From positions 2,510 to 66,509 of the forward strand of contig DASUFF010000030.1 in the NCBI GenBank assembly GCA_036274695.1: a DNA stretch of 64,000 nt, written 5' to 3'. The stretch is from a bacterium (lineage in GTDB: Bacteria > UBA10199 > JACPAL01 > GCA-016699445). The notes under the pieces are model-generated. The model saw only the letters and a list, made by a program, of their open reading frames with translations, was not told the origin of the DNA and made no database searches. The stretch's first letter is position 1. Each line of letters opens with the position of its first letter. Below are positions 28,770 through 38,028 of the stretch, piece by piece. Both the position numbers and the translations under genes were made by a program.

Positions 28770-30383
28770 ATGACGGAGACCGCCGCATCCGAAGTCTTGA
28801 AGGAGATCGACCGACGCAAGACCTTCGCCATCATCTCGCATCCGGACGCCGGAAAGACGACGGTGACGGAGAAGCTTTTGCTCTTCGGCAACGCCATCCA
28901 CATGGCCGGCGTCGTCAAGGCCAAGCGCTCCAAACAATTCGCGCGCTCGGACTGGATGGAGATCGAAAAGCAGCGCGGGATCTCGGTGGCCTCCTCCGTC
29001 ATGCAGTTCCAGTACGGCGGCAAGGAGATCAACCTGCTGGATACGCCGGGCCACCAGGATTTTTCGGAAGACACCTACCGCGTGCTCACCGCCGTCGACA
29101 GCGCCCTGATGATCATCGATTCGTCGAAGGGCATCGAGACGCAGACCAAGAAACTGTTTCAAGTCTGCCGCGACCGGAAGCTGCCCATCATCACCTTCAT
29201 GAATAAGATGGATTTGGAGGCCCGCGACCCGTTCGAGCTGGTCGACGAGGTCGAGAAGGTCCTGAACCTGCCGTGCTTCACGATGACGTGGCCGATCGGG
29301 CAGGGGAAGGGCTTCAAGGGCGTCTACGACCTGATGGAAAAACGAGTCCGGTTCTTCGACGCCGGCCAAAAGACGAGGGACTTCGAGCAGAAGTTCTATT
29401 CGGATCTCGACGATCCGGAGTTGAACGAGGCGATCGGGCCCGAATTGATCGACAAGCTTAAAGAAGACTGCGAACTCCTGACCGGCGCGGGCCACGATTT
29501 CGACCGCGAACGTTACCTGGCCGGCAACTTAAGCCCGGTTTTCTTCGGCTCCGCCGTGAACAACTTCGGCATCCAGGAACTGTTGGACGCCTTCGTCCGC
29601 CTGGCGCCCGGCCCGCGCCCGCGGCCGGCGGAGACGCGCGACGTGAAGCCGGACGAGCCGAAATTCACCGGACTGGTCTTCAAGATCCAGGCGAACATGG
29701 ATCCGAAGCACCGGGATCGCACGGCCTTTCTGCGCATCTGCTCGGGCGAATTTGTGCAGGGGATGACGGCCTATCACGTGCGTCAAGAACGCGAGTTCAA
29801 GATCAACAACGCCCTCCAGTTCATGAGCAAGGAGCGCAAGAACGTCGACCGCGCCTACGCGGGCGACATCATCGGCATCCACGACAAGAACTTAACAATC
29901 GGAGACGCCATCACCGAGGGCGAACGCTTGCGCTTCACCGGCGTGCCGCAGTTCTCGCCGGATCTCTTCGCGCGCGTGGATCTGAAGAATCCCATCAAGA
30001 ACAAGCAGCTTCAAAAGGGCTTGGAGCAGTTGGCGGAGGAGGGGACGTCCCAGATCTTCCGCCGCAAGAACACGTCCGAGACGTTCATCGGCGTGGTGGG
30101 CCAGCTCCAGTTCGAGGTGGTGAAGTTCCGCCTATTGCACGAGTACGGGGCCGACGCTGTCTTCACCCCTTTGCCTTACGCCCTGTCCTGCTGGTACCAT
30201 GCGACCGACAAAAAGGTGATGGAGGACTTCGAGGACTACTACCGCTCGCAGATCGTCTACGACGTGCGCGGTTACCCGATGATCCTCTTCAAGACCGAAT
30301 GGGAACGCGATTACATCCAAAAGAATCAGCCGAAGGTGGCGTTTTACTCGAACCTCATCGCGTACGAAGCCGAGTGCGCCTAG
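28770..30383 (+). CDS. prfC: Peptide chain release factor 3
   Basis: It has the GTPase motifs AIISHPDAGKTT and DTPGHQDF. It is about 537 aa and carries RF3-specific C-terminal blocks. Confidence 0.9.
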   Translation: MTETAASEVLKEIDRRKTFAIISHPDAGKTTVTEKLLLFGNAIHMAGVVKAKRSKQFARSDWMEIEKQRGISVASSVMQFQYGGKEINLLDTPGHQDFSEDTYRVLTAVDSALMIIDSSKGIETQTKKLFQVCRDRKLPIITFMNKMDLEARDPFELVDEVEKVLNLPCFTMTWPIGQGKGFKGVYDLMEKRVRFFDAGQKTRDFEQKFYSDLDDPELNEAIGPELIDKLKEDCELLTGAGHDFDRERYLAGNLSPVFFGSAVNNFGIQELLDAFVRLAPGPRPRPAETRDVKPDEPKFTGLVFKIQANMDPKHRDRTAFLRICSGEFVQGMTAYHVRQEREFKINNALQFMSKERKNVDRAYAGDIIGIHDKNLTIGDAITEGERLRFTGVPQFSPDLFARVDLKNPIKNKQLQKGLEQLAEEGTSQIFRRKNTSETFIGVVGQLQFEVVKFRLLHEYGADAVFTPLPYALSCWYHATDKKVMEDFEDYYRSQIVYDVRGYPMILFKTEWERDYIQKNQPKVAFYSNLIAYEAECA

Positions 30384-32470
30384 GGTTCGTTTCCGCCGCC
30401 GCCTTCCTCCTGATTCCCCTTTCGCTCGCCGCCGATACGGTGACGACGCCGCACGTCGTAGCCCGCATCGTCTCCGACGCCGCCGCCGTGGCGCCGGGGT
30501 CGTCCTTCGGAGTGGGCCTCGATTTCACCCTGAAAAAGGGCTGGCACACGTATTGGAAAAATCCGGGCGATTCCGGCGAACCGATGAAGGTGACCTGGAA
30601 GGTTTCACCGGGACTCTCCGCCGGACCGCTGTCGTACCCGCCGCCCGAGCTCATCCAAATGCCGCCGCTGGCGAACTTCGGCTACAAAGACCAAGTCCTC
30701 ATCTTCTCCGACATGGCCGCCGGCGCGGATTTGACCCCCGGCGGTTCGATCGAGATCCAGGCCGACGCCACGTGGCTGGTCTGCGAGGAGACGTGCATCC
30801 CGGAAAAAGGGAGTTTTTCGATCACGCTGCCGGTGGCCGCGGCTTCGTCGCCGGGCCCCGATGCGCCGCGCTTCCAGGCCGCGCGCGAACGGTTGCCCAA
30901 ACCCGTGTCCGCGGCTCGGGTCGAGGTTTCCGACAAGGGATTGTATCTCGCTTTTCCGGAGGGGATCGAGCTTCCCGAGGAGACGTCCCGGCTCTTTTTC
31001 TTTCCCGAGACTCCGGGCGTGATCAAGAACGCCGCGGAACAGGTGGCCTTCAAGGACCGCGGGAGGCATTTCTTGCGGCTCGTCCCCGACCCGGGGATGA
31101 CGAAACCGCCGGAGCGCCTGACCGGCGTTCTGGTGACGGGCGAAAAGGCCTACGCCCTGGGCGAATTGCCGGATCATCCGTCGGTGGTGGCGTTGCCTCC
31201 GCGGGCCGCGTCGCGGACGCCGGCCGAAGTCCCGTCGGGCGAAACCGCGCCGGCCGTAAAATCGGAAGCACCCGGCTTGACCGCCGCCCGCGCCGTTCCC
31301 TTCGCCTTCCTGGGAGGGCTTCTGCTCAATCTCATGCCCTGCGTCTTCCCCGTCCTGTCGGTGAAGGTTTTGGGCTTTTTGAAAAAAAGCGGCGGCGATC
31401 ACCGGCGCGCTCGGACTCACGGATGGGCCTATGCGGCGGGCGTGGTCCTTTCCTTCGGCGTCCTGGCCGCGGCCCTGCTGTTCCTTCGCTGGAGCGGGGA
31501 GGCGCTGGGATGGGGGTTCCAGCTTCAGTCGCCGCTCTTCGTGCTTCTCATGATCTTCCTGCTCTTCTTATTGGCCTTGAGCCTCCTGGGACTTTTCGAA
31601 ATAGGCGGATCGCTGATGGGCGTCGGCTCGAAGCTGGCGGGACAGACCGGCCTCTCGGGCTCCTTCTTCACGGGCGTTCTCGCCACCGTCGTGGCCACGC
31701 CGTGCACGGCGCCGTTCATGGGACCGGCGGTCGGATTCGCCCTGGCCCAGCCGGCGGCGATGGCGCTCGCCGTTTTTCTCGCGGTGGGCGTCGGGATGGC
31801 GCTTCCTTACCTCGTGCTGACGCACGTGCCCGCCCTTCTGTGGCGTCTGCCCAAGCCCGGGCCGTGGATGGAGACCTTCCAACAGGCCATGGCCTTTCCT
31901 TTGCTCGCCACGGTGGTCTGGCTCTTGTGGGTGATCGGCCGGCAGGCCCCGGGGGCGTTGGTGACGATCCTTCTGGCGCTTTTAGCTTTGTCCTTCGGCG
32001 TGTGGCTGGGCCGCCGCGTGCGACGGGCGAGGCCGGTGGCCTTGCTGATCGCGGCGGCGGCCGTGGCCTGGGCCGTCGTGGAGGTCCGCGGGGAGATACG
32101 CGGCGCGGCGTCCGCGCTCGCGACGACGGCGGGTTGGGAGGCCTTTTCGGAGCGACGAATCTCCGCTTTGCGCGCCGAGGGTCGTCCCGTCTTCGTCGAT
32201 TTCACCGCCGCCTGGTGCCTGACCTGCCAGGTGAACAAAAAGACCGTCTTGGAACGGGAGGACGTGCGCCGGGCCTTTTCCGATAAGAACGTCGCGCTGA
32301 TCGAGGCGGATTGGACCAATCAAGACGCGGCGATCTCCAAGGCCTTGGAGGCGTTCGGGCGCCAGGGCGTTCCCCTGTACGTTTACTACCCGCCCGGCGG
32401 CGAGGCGAAAGTATTGCCGGCTTTACTGACCAAAGCGATCGTGCTGGAATCCTTGGAAAACCAACCGTGA
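30374..32470 (+). CDS. dsbD: Thiol:disulfide interchange protein DsbD (alpha domain, CcdA-like TM core, thioredoxin gamma domain)
   Basis: It has a GTG start with signal VRLGFVSAAAFLLIPLSLAADT. The alpha domain carries CEETC. The TM core has Cys in LMPCVFPV and TPCTAPF. The C-terminal thioredoxin carries WCLTCQ. Confidence 0.8.
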   Translation: MRLGFVSAAAFLLIPLSLAADTVTTPHVVARIVSDAAAVAPGSSFGVGLDFTLKKGWHTYWKNPGDSGEPMKVTWKVSPGLSAGPLSYPPPELIQMPPLANFGYKDQVLIFSDMAAGADLTPGGSIEIQADATWLVCEETCIPEKGSFSITLPVAAASSPGPDAPRFQAARERLPKPVSAARVEVSDKGLYLAFPEGIELPEETSRLFFFPETPGVIKNAAEQVAFKDRGRHFLRLVPDPGMTKPPERLTGVLVTGEKAYALGELPDHPSVVALPPRAASRTPAEVPSGETAPAVKSEAPGLTAARAVPFAFLGGLLLNLMPCVFPVLSVKVLGFLKKSGGDHRRARTHGWAYAAGVVLSFGVLAAALLFLRWSGEALGWGFQLQSPLFVLLMIFLLFLLALSLLGLFEIGGSLMGVGSKLAGQTGLSGSFFTGVLATVVATPCTAPFMGPAVGFALAQPAAMALAVFLAVGVGMALPYLVLTHVPALLWRLPKPGPWMETFQQAMAFPLLATVVWLLWVIGRQAPGALVTILLALLALSFGVWLGRRVRRARPVALLIAAAAVAWAVVEVRGEIRGAASALATTAGWEAFSERRISALRAEGRPVFVDFTAAWCLTCQVNKKTVLEREDVRRAFSDKNVALIEADWTNQDAAISKALEAFGRQGVPLYVYYPPGGEAKVLPALLTKAIVLESLENQP

Positions 32471-32485
32471 CATAAGGAGGATCCC

Positions 32486-33103
32486 GTGAAGTTTTTCAAA
32501 CCGCTTTCGTCTTTCGTCCTTGCCGGCTTTTTCCTTTGCGCCTTGGCCACCTGCCTCCAGGCATCTCCCAAACCCGGCGACGCCGCGCCGGATTTTACGT
32601 TGAAGGACAGCGACGGCAAGACCCAAACGCTGTCTTCTTATAAGGGAAAATACGTCGTCCTCGAATGGTTCAACGAGGGCTGCCCCTTCGTGAAGAAGCA
32701 CTACGAATCGGGAAGCATGCAGGCGCTTCAAAAGGAGGAGACGGGCAAGGGCGTGGTGTGGCTCTCCGTCATCTCATCGGCCGAAGGCAAGCAGGGCTTC
32801 TCGACGCCGGAGCAGGCCAATGCCGCGCGCAAGAAGTGGAATATCGCCTCGACGGCGACCCTTCTCGATGCGAAGGGCGAGGCTGGAAAACTCTACGAGG
32901 CCAAGACCACGCCGCACATGTTCGTGATCGATCCCGAGGGGAAGGTCGTCTACATGGGCGCCATCGACGACAAGCCCACCTCCGATCCGGCAGACGTTAA
33001 AACGGCGAAGAACTACGTGAAGGCGGCCTTGGACGAGGCGATGGCGGGCAAGCCCGTGGCGACCGTTTCGACGACGCCCTACGGCTGTTCGGTCAAGTAC
33101 TAG
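32486..33103 (+). CDS. Periplasmic redoxin/thioredoxin-fold protein (AhpC/TSA–TlpA-like)
   Basis: It has a signal peptide and the block PDFTLKDSDGKTQTLSSYKGKYVVLEWFNEGCPFV, which is redoxin-like. Confidence 0.7.
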   Translation: MKFFKPLSSFVLAGFFLCALATCLQASPKPGDAAPDFTLKDSDGKTQTLSSYKGKYVVLEWFNEGCPFVKKHYESGSMQALQKEETGKGVVWLSVISSAEGKQGFSTPEQANAARKKWNIASTATLLDAKGEAGKLYEAKTTPHMFVIDPEGKVVYMGAIDDKPTSDPADVKTAKNYVKAALDEAMAGKPVATVSTTPYGCSVKY

Positions 33104-33116
33104 CTTCCACTACGAG

Positions 33117-34860
33117 CTACCACGTCAATTCCATGGGGGCGGCCAGGGTCGGTCCCTTGTCGACCGACGCGATGACGAAGAGTTTTCCCTTCGAAACGGC
33201 GAGGCGCAGATTTTTCAGGCGTCCGGCCGCATTTTGAAATTCCTCGGGCAGGCTTTGGGTGACGAACATCGGCGCCGAGAAACGGTCCTTGCCCAAGTCG
33301 TAGATCAAAAGCCCCAGGGTCGTTCCGTATTCGAGGTAGGTGGGAAAGATCAGGGCATTTCCGAATTGGACCGGCGTCTGGAAGGTGTCGACGAGGCCGC
33401 GTTCCAGTTGGATCGTCCCTCCCCGGTTTTGATCAAAGACCGGGCTTCCGCCGGCGCCCGAGTCCTTCCTTTGGGCCAGCCGGACCATCGTCAGGTTGAT
33501 CTTCCAATAATTGTCGTTGTCCTCGTGCGCGAGCACGGCCAGGTCCCGGCCGTTGTCCAGGCTCATGACGTGGACGGGCGTCACCTTGTCCGGCATCGTC
33601 CAACTGAAGATTTCCGGGGATTCCCCTTCGGCCGGCTCCAAGGATTTGAGGGTGATCTTGCCGCCGGCGTACGTGAAATAGCCGATCTTGCCGCCGACCT
33701 GGGTCAACCCGCTCAAGACGGATTCCTTGGCGATGTAGTGCCGCTTGGCGATGAGCACCTTCGACGCGGCCCCCGTGGGATCCAGCTCGAAGATGCTGGC
33801 GCCCGTCCGGTCCTTCGACGGGTGGAAATTGTCGGAGCGTCCCATGACGAAGAGCCGGTCCCCGAGGCGCGAGGCGAAGAAGGGCGTGGAGGCGGTCTTG
33901 ACCGCGTCCTGGCTTTCGAGGATCCAGAGCAACTGTTCCGCGTCGGCGGGTTTTTCCGGGGAAGCGACGAAGCGTCCGTCGACCAACTGGTACTCGGTCA
34001 GCGTCTTTTTCTCCCGGTCGAGGGAAGAGAGGGTGGAGCCGGCGAAGAACTGCGCGGTCGAAGCGGGCAAGGTCTGGGCCGGGCCGACCTTCAACGTGCC
34101 CCAAACCGGTTTTTCCAGGGTCGTGATGTCGAAGATCAGCTTGATCTTGGTTTGAAGCGAGGTCCTTCCGACGACCTCCAGGTTCAGGTTCGTCCTCAGA
34201 AGCGTTTCATTGGGTGTGAGCAGCGTTTGCTCGAAGTGCCGGGCCCAATCCTCCGCCGGACTCGAGCCCGCCTTGGCGTAGATGAAACAGTGGGACCCTT
34301 CGCAGCGGTGGACGCGTTCGCCGTCCTGGACGATCCAGCTTTGATCCAGAAAGGCGCGCAGGGTCGGCGCGAAATGGCCCGTGTTGTGCACATGGTGGCC
34401 GACCTCGTGCACGACCGGGACGTGCATGTTGTAGAGCCGGATGCGCAGGACGCGTTGGTCGTGATCATAGTGCGCGGCGCTTCCCTGGGACTGGGCGTCG
34501 TATTCGCGCGCGCCCAAAAGCTCGATCTTCTCCAGGCCGCAGAGGAAGACGGGATTGGAGGTCCGGAGCGTTCTGAGGCCGCTCTGAACGGATTCCATCA
34601 CCCGCCTCTTCACGTCCTCGTTCGTATCCCCCTTGCGATAGGCCAGGGGAAAGGCCCCGGGCTGGTCGCGCAGGGCGTCCTGGAAATCGGCCTCCGAGCC
34701 GCGTACGACGATTTCGGGTTCCCGCCGGACCGAGCAGGGGTCGGCGGCGAGGAGGTCATCAGAGCCCGGCCAGTCCGGATACGTCGTGCGGTTGGCCAGG
34801 GAAGGGCCGCATCCGGCGATGCCGAGGAGGCCGACCAAGGGTAAAAAACGTGTCTGCATG
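33117..34860 (-). CDS. Lipoprotein with an HEXXH zinc-metallopeptidase motif and a repeat-rich (beta-propeller-like) C-terminal region
   Basis: I take the start at MQTRF with lipobox LLGIAGC. It carries the motif VHEVGHHVHNTGH. The long N-terminal extension in the ORF track is rejected because it would overlap efp. Confidence 0.55.
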
Positions 34861-34949
34861 CCTCCCTCTTCGTATCGGTCGCGGGGAGGTTGCTCAAAGA
34901 TTTGATCGTTGATCCCGGAGCCTTCGCGTACTAAGAACCGCCGCATCCT

Positions 34950-35501
34950 ATGATCAACGCCACTCAAATCCGGGTCGGAGACATCTTGAACATCGACGGG
35001 ACCCTGTTCCGCATCATGAAGGCCCAGCACATCACGCCGGGCAAGGGCAACGCCCAGGTGCAGGTGGACATGCGGAACCTGAAGACCGGCATCAAGAACA
35101 ACATGCGTTTCCGGTCGGTGGACTCGGTGGACAAGGTCGTCGTCGAGGAGCGGACGGTCAATTTTCTTTATCAGGACGGCGACAGCTATCACTTCATGGA
35201 CCCGGCGAGCTTCGAGCAGTTCGAGTTGAACAAGGCGATCTTGGAAGACGTGATCCCGTATCTGAAGCCCGAATCGCCCCTGACCCTCCTCAGTTATGAG
35301 GAGAGGACGATCAGCGTGAGTCTGCCCCTGAAGATGACGTTTACGGTGTCCGAGTGCGATCCGCCCACGAAGGGCATGGCAGGCGCCATGAAGGACGCCA
35401 AGATGGACAACGGCCTCGTCGTAAAAGTCCCTCTGTTCATCAAACCGGGCGAATCGGTGGTGGTCAACACCGAGACCGGCGACTATTTGGAAAAGGCGTA
35501 G
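34950..35501 (+). CDS. efp: Elongation factor P
   Basis: It is 183 aa with the KOW-like N-terminus IRVGDILNIDGTLFRIMKAQHITPGKGNA, and OB domains II and III. Confidence 0.85.
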   Translation: MINATQIRVGDILNIDGTLFRIMKAQHITPGKGNAQVQVDMRNLKTGIKNNMRFRSVDSVDKVVVEERTVNFLYQDGDSYHFMDPASFEQFELNKAILEDVIPYLKPESPLTLLSYEERTISVSLPLKMTFTVSECDPPTKGMAGAMKDAKMDNGLVVKVPLFIKPGESVVVNTETGDYLEKA

Positions 35502-35525
35502 GGGCGGGGTGACCCCGCCCCTACA

Positions 35526-36041
35526 TTATTCCACGCGGGTGAAAACGAAGGTCGTGGGCTTCTTGCTCTCACCGCCGGTCGATTTCCAATCCTCCGTCAG
35601 CTTGTCCTTGCCCTTGATCGTCAGCGACACGTCGCTCATGTGCGGAGAATCCGGGGACGGGATGTTGGAGCCGTCTACATAGGTGAAATCGAGCTTTTTG
35701 CCCCCCTTGGAGGTGAGCTTGAGACGAGGCTGATTGCCCATCGCGCAGTAGTGGACCATCGAGACGCCGTCGCCGTCGGGATAGTACATGTTCACCATCT
35801 CGTGCCCCGTTCCGGGAAACATCACTTCCTCCACGGCCGTGCCCGCGGACGTGACCCGAAATTTCGTGGTCATCGTCTGTTCCTTGCCCTCCATCTCGCC
35901 CTTGCCGGTCCAGGTCCCGCTCAAGGCCTTGATCTGCTCGAAGGCGGAGTTGGTTTTTGCGTCCTTCTTCTCGGCGCCTGCGGTCGAGGAAATCGCGAGC
36001 GCGGCCAAACCGGACATGATCGCCATCGGGAAACGCTTCAT
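35526..36041 (-). CDS. Secreted hypothetical protein (171 aa)
   Basis: It has a signal peptide and is beta-rich. The function is unknown. Confidence 0.45.
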   Translation of the reverse strand: MKRFPMAIMSGLAALAISSTAGAEKKDAKTNSAFEQIKALSGTWTGKGEMEGKEQTMTTKFRVTSAGTAVEEVMFPGTGHEMVNMYYPDGDGVSMVHYCAMGNQPRLKLTSKGGKKLDFTYVDGSNIPSPDSPHMSDVSLTIKGKDKLTEDWKSTGGESKKPTTFVFTRVE

Positions 36042-36064
36042 GGAAGCCTCCTTGGATTAGGGGA

Positions 36065-36505
36065 TTATTGGAAAAGCGTCAGTTGTTCCGACCGAATCTC
36101 CACGGATTTTAGATGATTCTGCGGCGGCTGGAAGAGGAATTTCCGGTTGGCGCGGATCCAGTCGCGCGCCGTCCGGTACTCGCGGAACCGGCGCTCCATC
36201 GCCTTGAATTCCGGCCCGTGGTACTCCGTGTAGCCGCGGCGCCTCTTGGCGGGGATCACCGCGTGGCACATTTCATGGTGCATGACGGAGGCGATCACGA
36301 AGAGGGGGACGCCGCTTTGATCGAGAACGGGGTTGATGACGATCCGGTTGGCCTTGGGCTCGTAGCGCCCGAGCTGGCGGACCCGGCGCACGCGATCGGC
36401 ACGCACCCGGCCCCAGTCGAGCTTGCAGTCGATCGATCCGCCGAAATACTCGCGGTTCAACGATTCGAAAAGGACTTTGAGGTGATAGACTTTGCCGCGG
36501 GCCAC
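36065..36505 (-). CDS. SprT-like/DUF45-type zinc metallopeptidase-domain protein
   Basis: It has an HEMCH (HExxH) motif in an SprT-like context, VIASVMHHEMCHAV. Confidence 0.5.
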   Translation of the reverse strand: MARGKVYHLKVLFESLNREYFGGSIDCKLDWGRVRADRVRRVRQLGRYEPKANRIVINPVLDQSGVPLFVIASVMHHEMCHAVIPAKRRRGYTEYHGPEFKAMERRFREYRTARDWIRANRKFLFQPPQNHLKSVEIRSEQLTLFQ

Positions 36506-36510
36506 GTGGA

Positions 36511-36798
36511 TTAGAGGACGACCTGGTAGCCGTTGAACTCGGGCGGGCCCTGGACCAGGCCCTTGCTGCCGCCCTGGCCGTGTGCCTTCGCGAAGGCCTC
36601 GGACTCGGTCCAGGCGTTGAACGCGTTCTCGCTCTCCCAGACGGAATGGGAGATGTAGACGCCGCCCTCGCCGCGCAGGAGATGGAATTCCTTAAAACCC
36701 GGCACGTCTTTCAAGTAGCTTTCGCGCTCCTTCCAAACCTGTTCGAAATCGTTTCCCTTGCCGGGCTTGGTCCAGAATTTGTTCATCGCAATGTACAT
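36511..36798 (-). CDS. Antibiotic-biosynthesis-monooxygenase (ABM) domain protein
   Basis: It is about 95 aa from MYIAMNKF. It has the ABM-like ferredoxin-fold pattern (FHLLRGEGGVYISHSVWESENAFNAW). Confidence 0.5.
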   Translation of the reverse strand: MYIAMNKFWTKPGKGNDFEQVWKERESYLKDVPGFKEFHLLRGEGGVYISHSVWESENAFNAWTESEAFAKAHGQGGSKGLVQGPPEFNGYQVVL

Positions 36799-36943
36799 GC
36801 GGATCCTCCCCGAAGTTGATTGGATGATATTTCCGATCTGATGCCACATTTCCGCGCGCGAGACAAGGGGCTCAAATCGCCTCTTGAACGCCGGGCTCCG
36901 GCGTTGTACGTCGGGAAACGTGTTCTCGCGGCTCTTCCTCGAA

Positions 36944-37570
36944 ATGTCCCTCGTCAAGGCGGAGTGGATCCTCTACCTCCTCCTTTTTCTTTCCGTCCTC
37001 TCCATCGGCCTGATCTTGGAGCGCGCCTGGTTCTACCGGCGGGCCACGAAGGGCCTCGAGCTCTTCCGGGACCGTCTGCGCCGCGCCGTCTCCAAGGGAG
37101 AGTGGTCGGAAGCCGTGCGGATGACGGAGGAGAGGGCGGACCGCACGCGGACTTCGCCGCCGGATCTTGACTCCGGCGTGGCCCTGACCTTGCTCCAGTT
37201 CCGATCGGAATCGAAGGGTTCAACGGAGGTCTTGCAGGAGCTGGCCCAGGACGCGATCCTGAGGACGAAGGTGGCCTGGGAGCAGAATTTGGCCATGTTG
37301 GCGACGATCGGCAGCAACGCGCCCTTCATCGGCCTCTTCGGGACCGTCATCGGAATCATCAAGGCCTTCCACGACCTCTCAACGCAGGCCGGCGGCACGG
37401 CGCCCCAGGTGACGGCGGGCATCTCCGAGGCCCTGGTTTCGACGGCGGTCGGCATTTTCGTGGCGGTCCCGGCCGTCGTGGCCTTCAACCTCTTTCAACG
37501 GCGGATCAAGGCGGCGGTCTCCGAAGCCGATGCCCTTAAGAGCTTTCTGATCGGCAAGATCGCCAAGTAA
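36944..37570 (+). CDS. MotA/TolQ/ExbB proton-channel family protein
   Basis: It has three TMs and the signature GLFGTVIGII...AGISEAL. Confidence 0.8.
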   Translation: MSLVKAEWILYLLLFLSVLSIGLILERAWFYRRATKGLELFRDRLRRAVSKGEWSEAVRMTEERADRTRTSPPDLDSGVALTLLQFRSESKGSTEVLQELAQDAILRTKVAWEQNLAMLATIGSNAPFIGLFGTVIGIIKAFHDLSTQAGGTAPQVTAGISEALVSTAVGIFVAVPAVVAFNLFQRRIKAAVSEADALKSFLIGKIAK

Positions 37571-37575
37571 TCCCT

Positions 37576-38013
37576 ATGGGTGTTTCCAACTCGAGCGACG
37601 AGGACGTCATTTCGGCGATCAACATCACGCCGTTGGTCGACGTCGTGCTCGTGCTCCTGGTGATCTTCATGATCACCGCTCCCGTGCTGTATCAATCCGC
37701 CATCAAGGTGAAGCTGCCGACGGCGTCGACCGGGGAGCATTCGGACAAGGACAAGCAGTCCTTCAATTTCACGGTCTCCGCCAAGGGAGAGGTCGCCTGG
37801 GACAACCAGGCCGTGGATTGGGAGACGCTGGCCAAGCGTTTGTCCGCCTTGGACGAGGTCTCCAAGCAGAAGACCGCCTTCATCAGCGCCGACAAAGACA
37901 CGCCGCACGGCACGGTGATCCGTCTCATGGACACCCTGCGCCAGGCGGGAGTGACTCACCTGGGCATGTCGGTGGAACCCGCCGGCGCCGCCAAAGATCC
38001 CGGTCGCTCCTGA
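37576..38013 (+). CDS. ExbD/TolR family protein
   Basis: The N-terminus reads INITPLVDVVLVLLVIFMITAP. It has a single TM and a periplasmic domain. Confidence 0.8.
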   Translation: MGVSNSSDEDVISAINITPLVDVVLVLLVIFMITAPVLYQSAIKVKLPTASTGEHSDKDKQSFNFTVSAKGEVAWDNQAVDWETLAKRLSALDEVSKQKTAFISADKDTPHGTVIRLMDTLRQAGVTHLGMSVEPAGAAKDPGRS

Positions 38014-38028
38014 TTCTTCTATGGATCG

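Noticed and set aside
33117-35192. 691-aa version of the HEXXH lipoprotein ORF
   Set aside because: The extra 110 N-terminal residues would be antisense to efp and precede an obvious signal-peptide and lipobox start at 34860.
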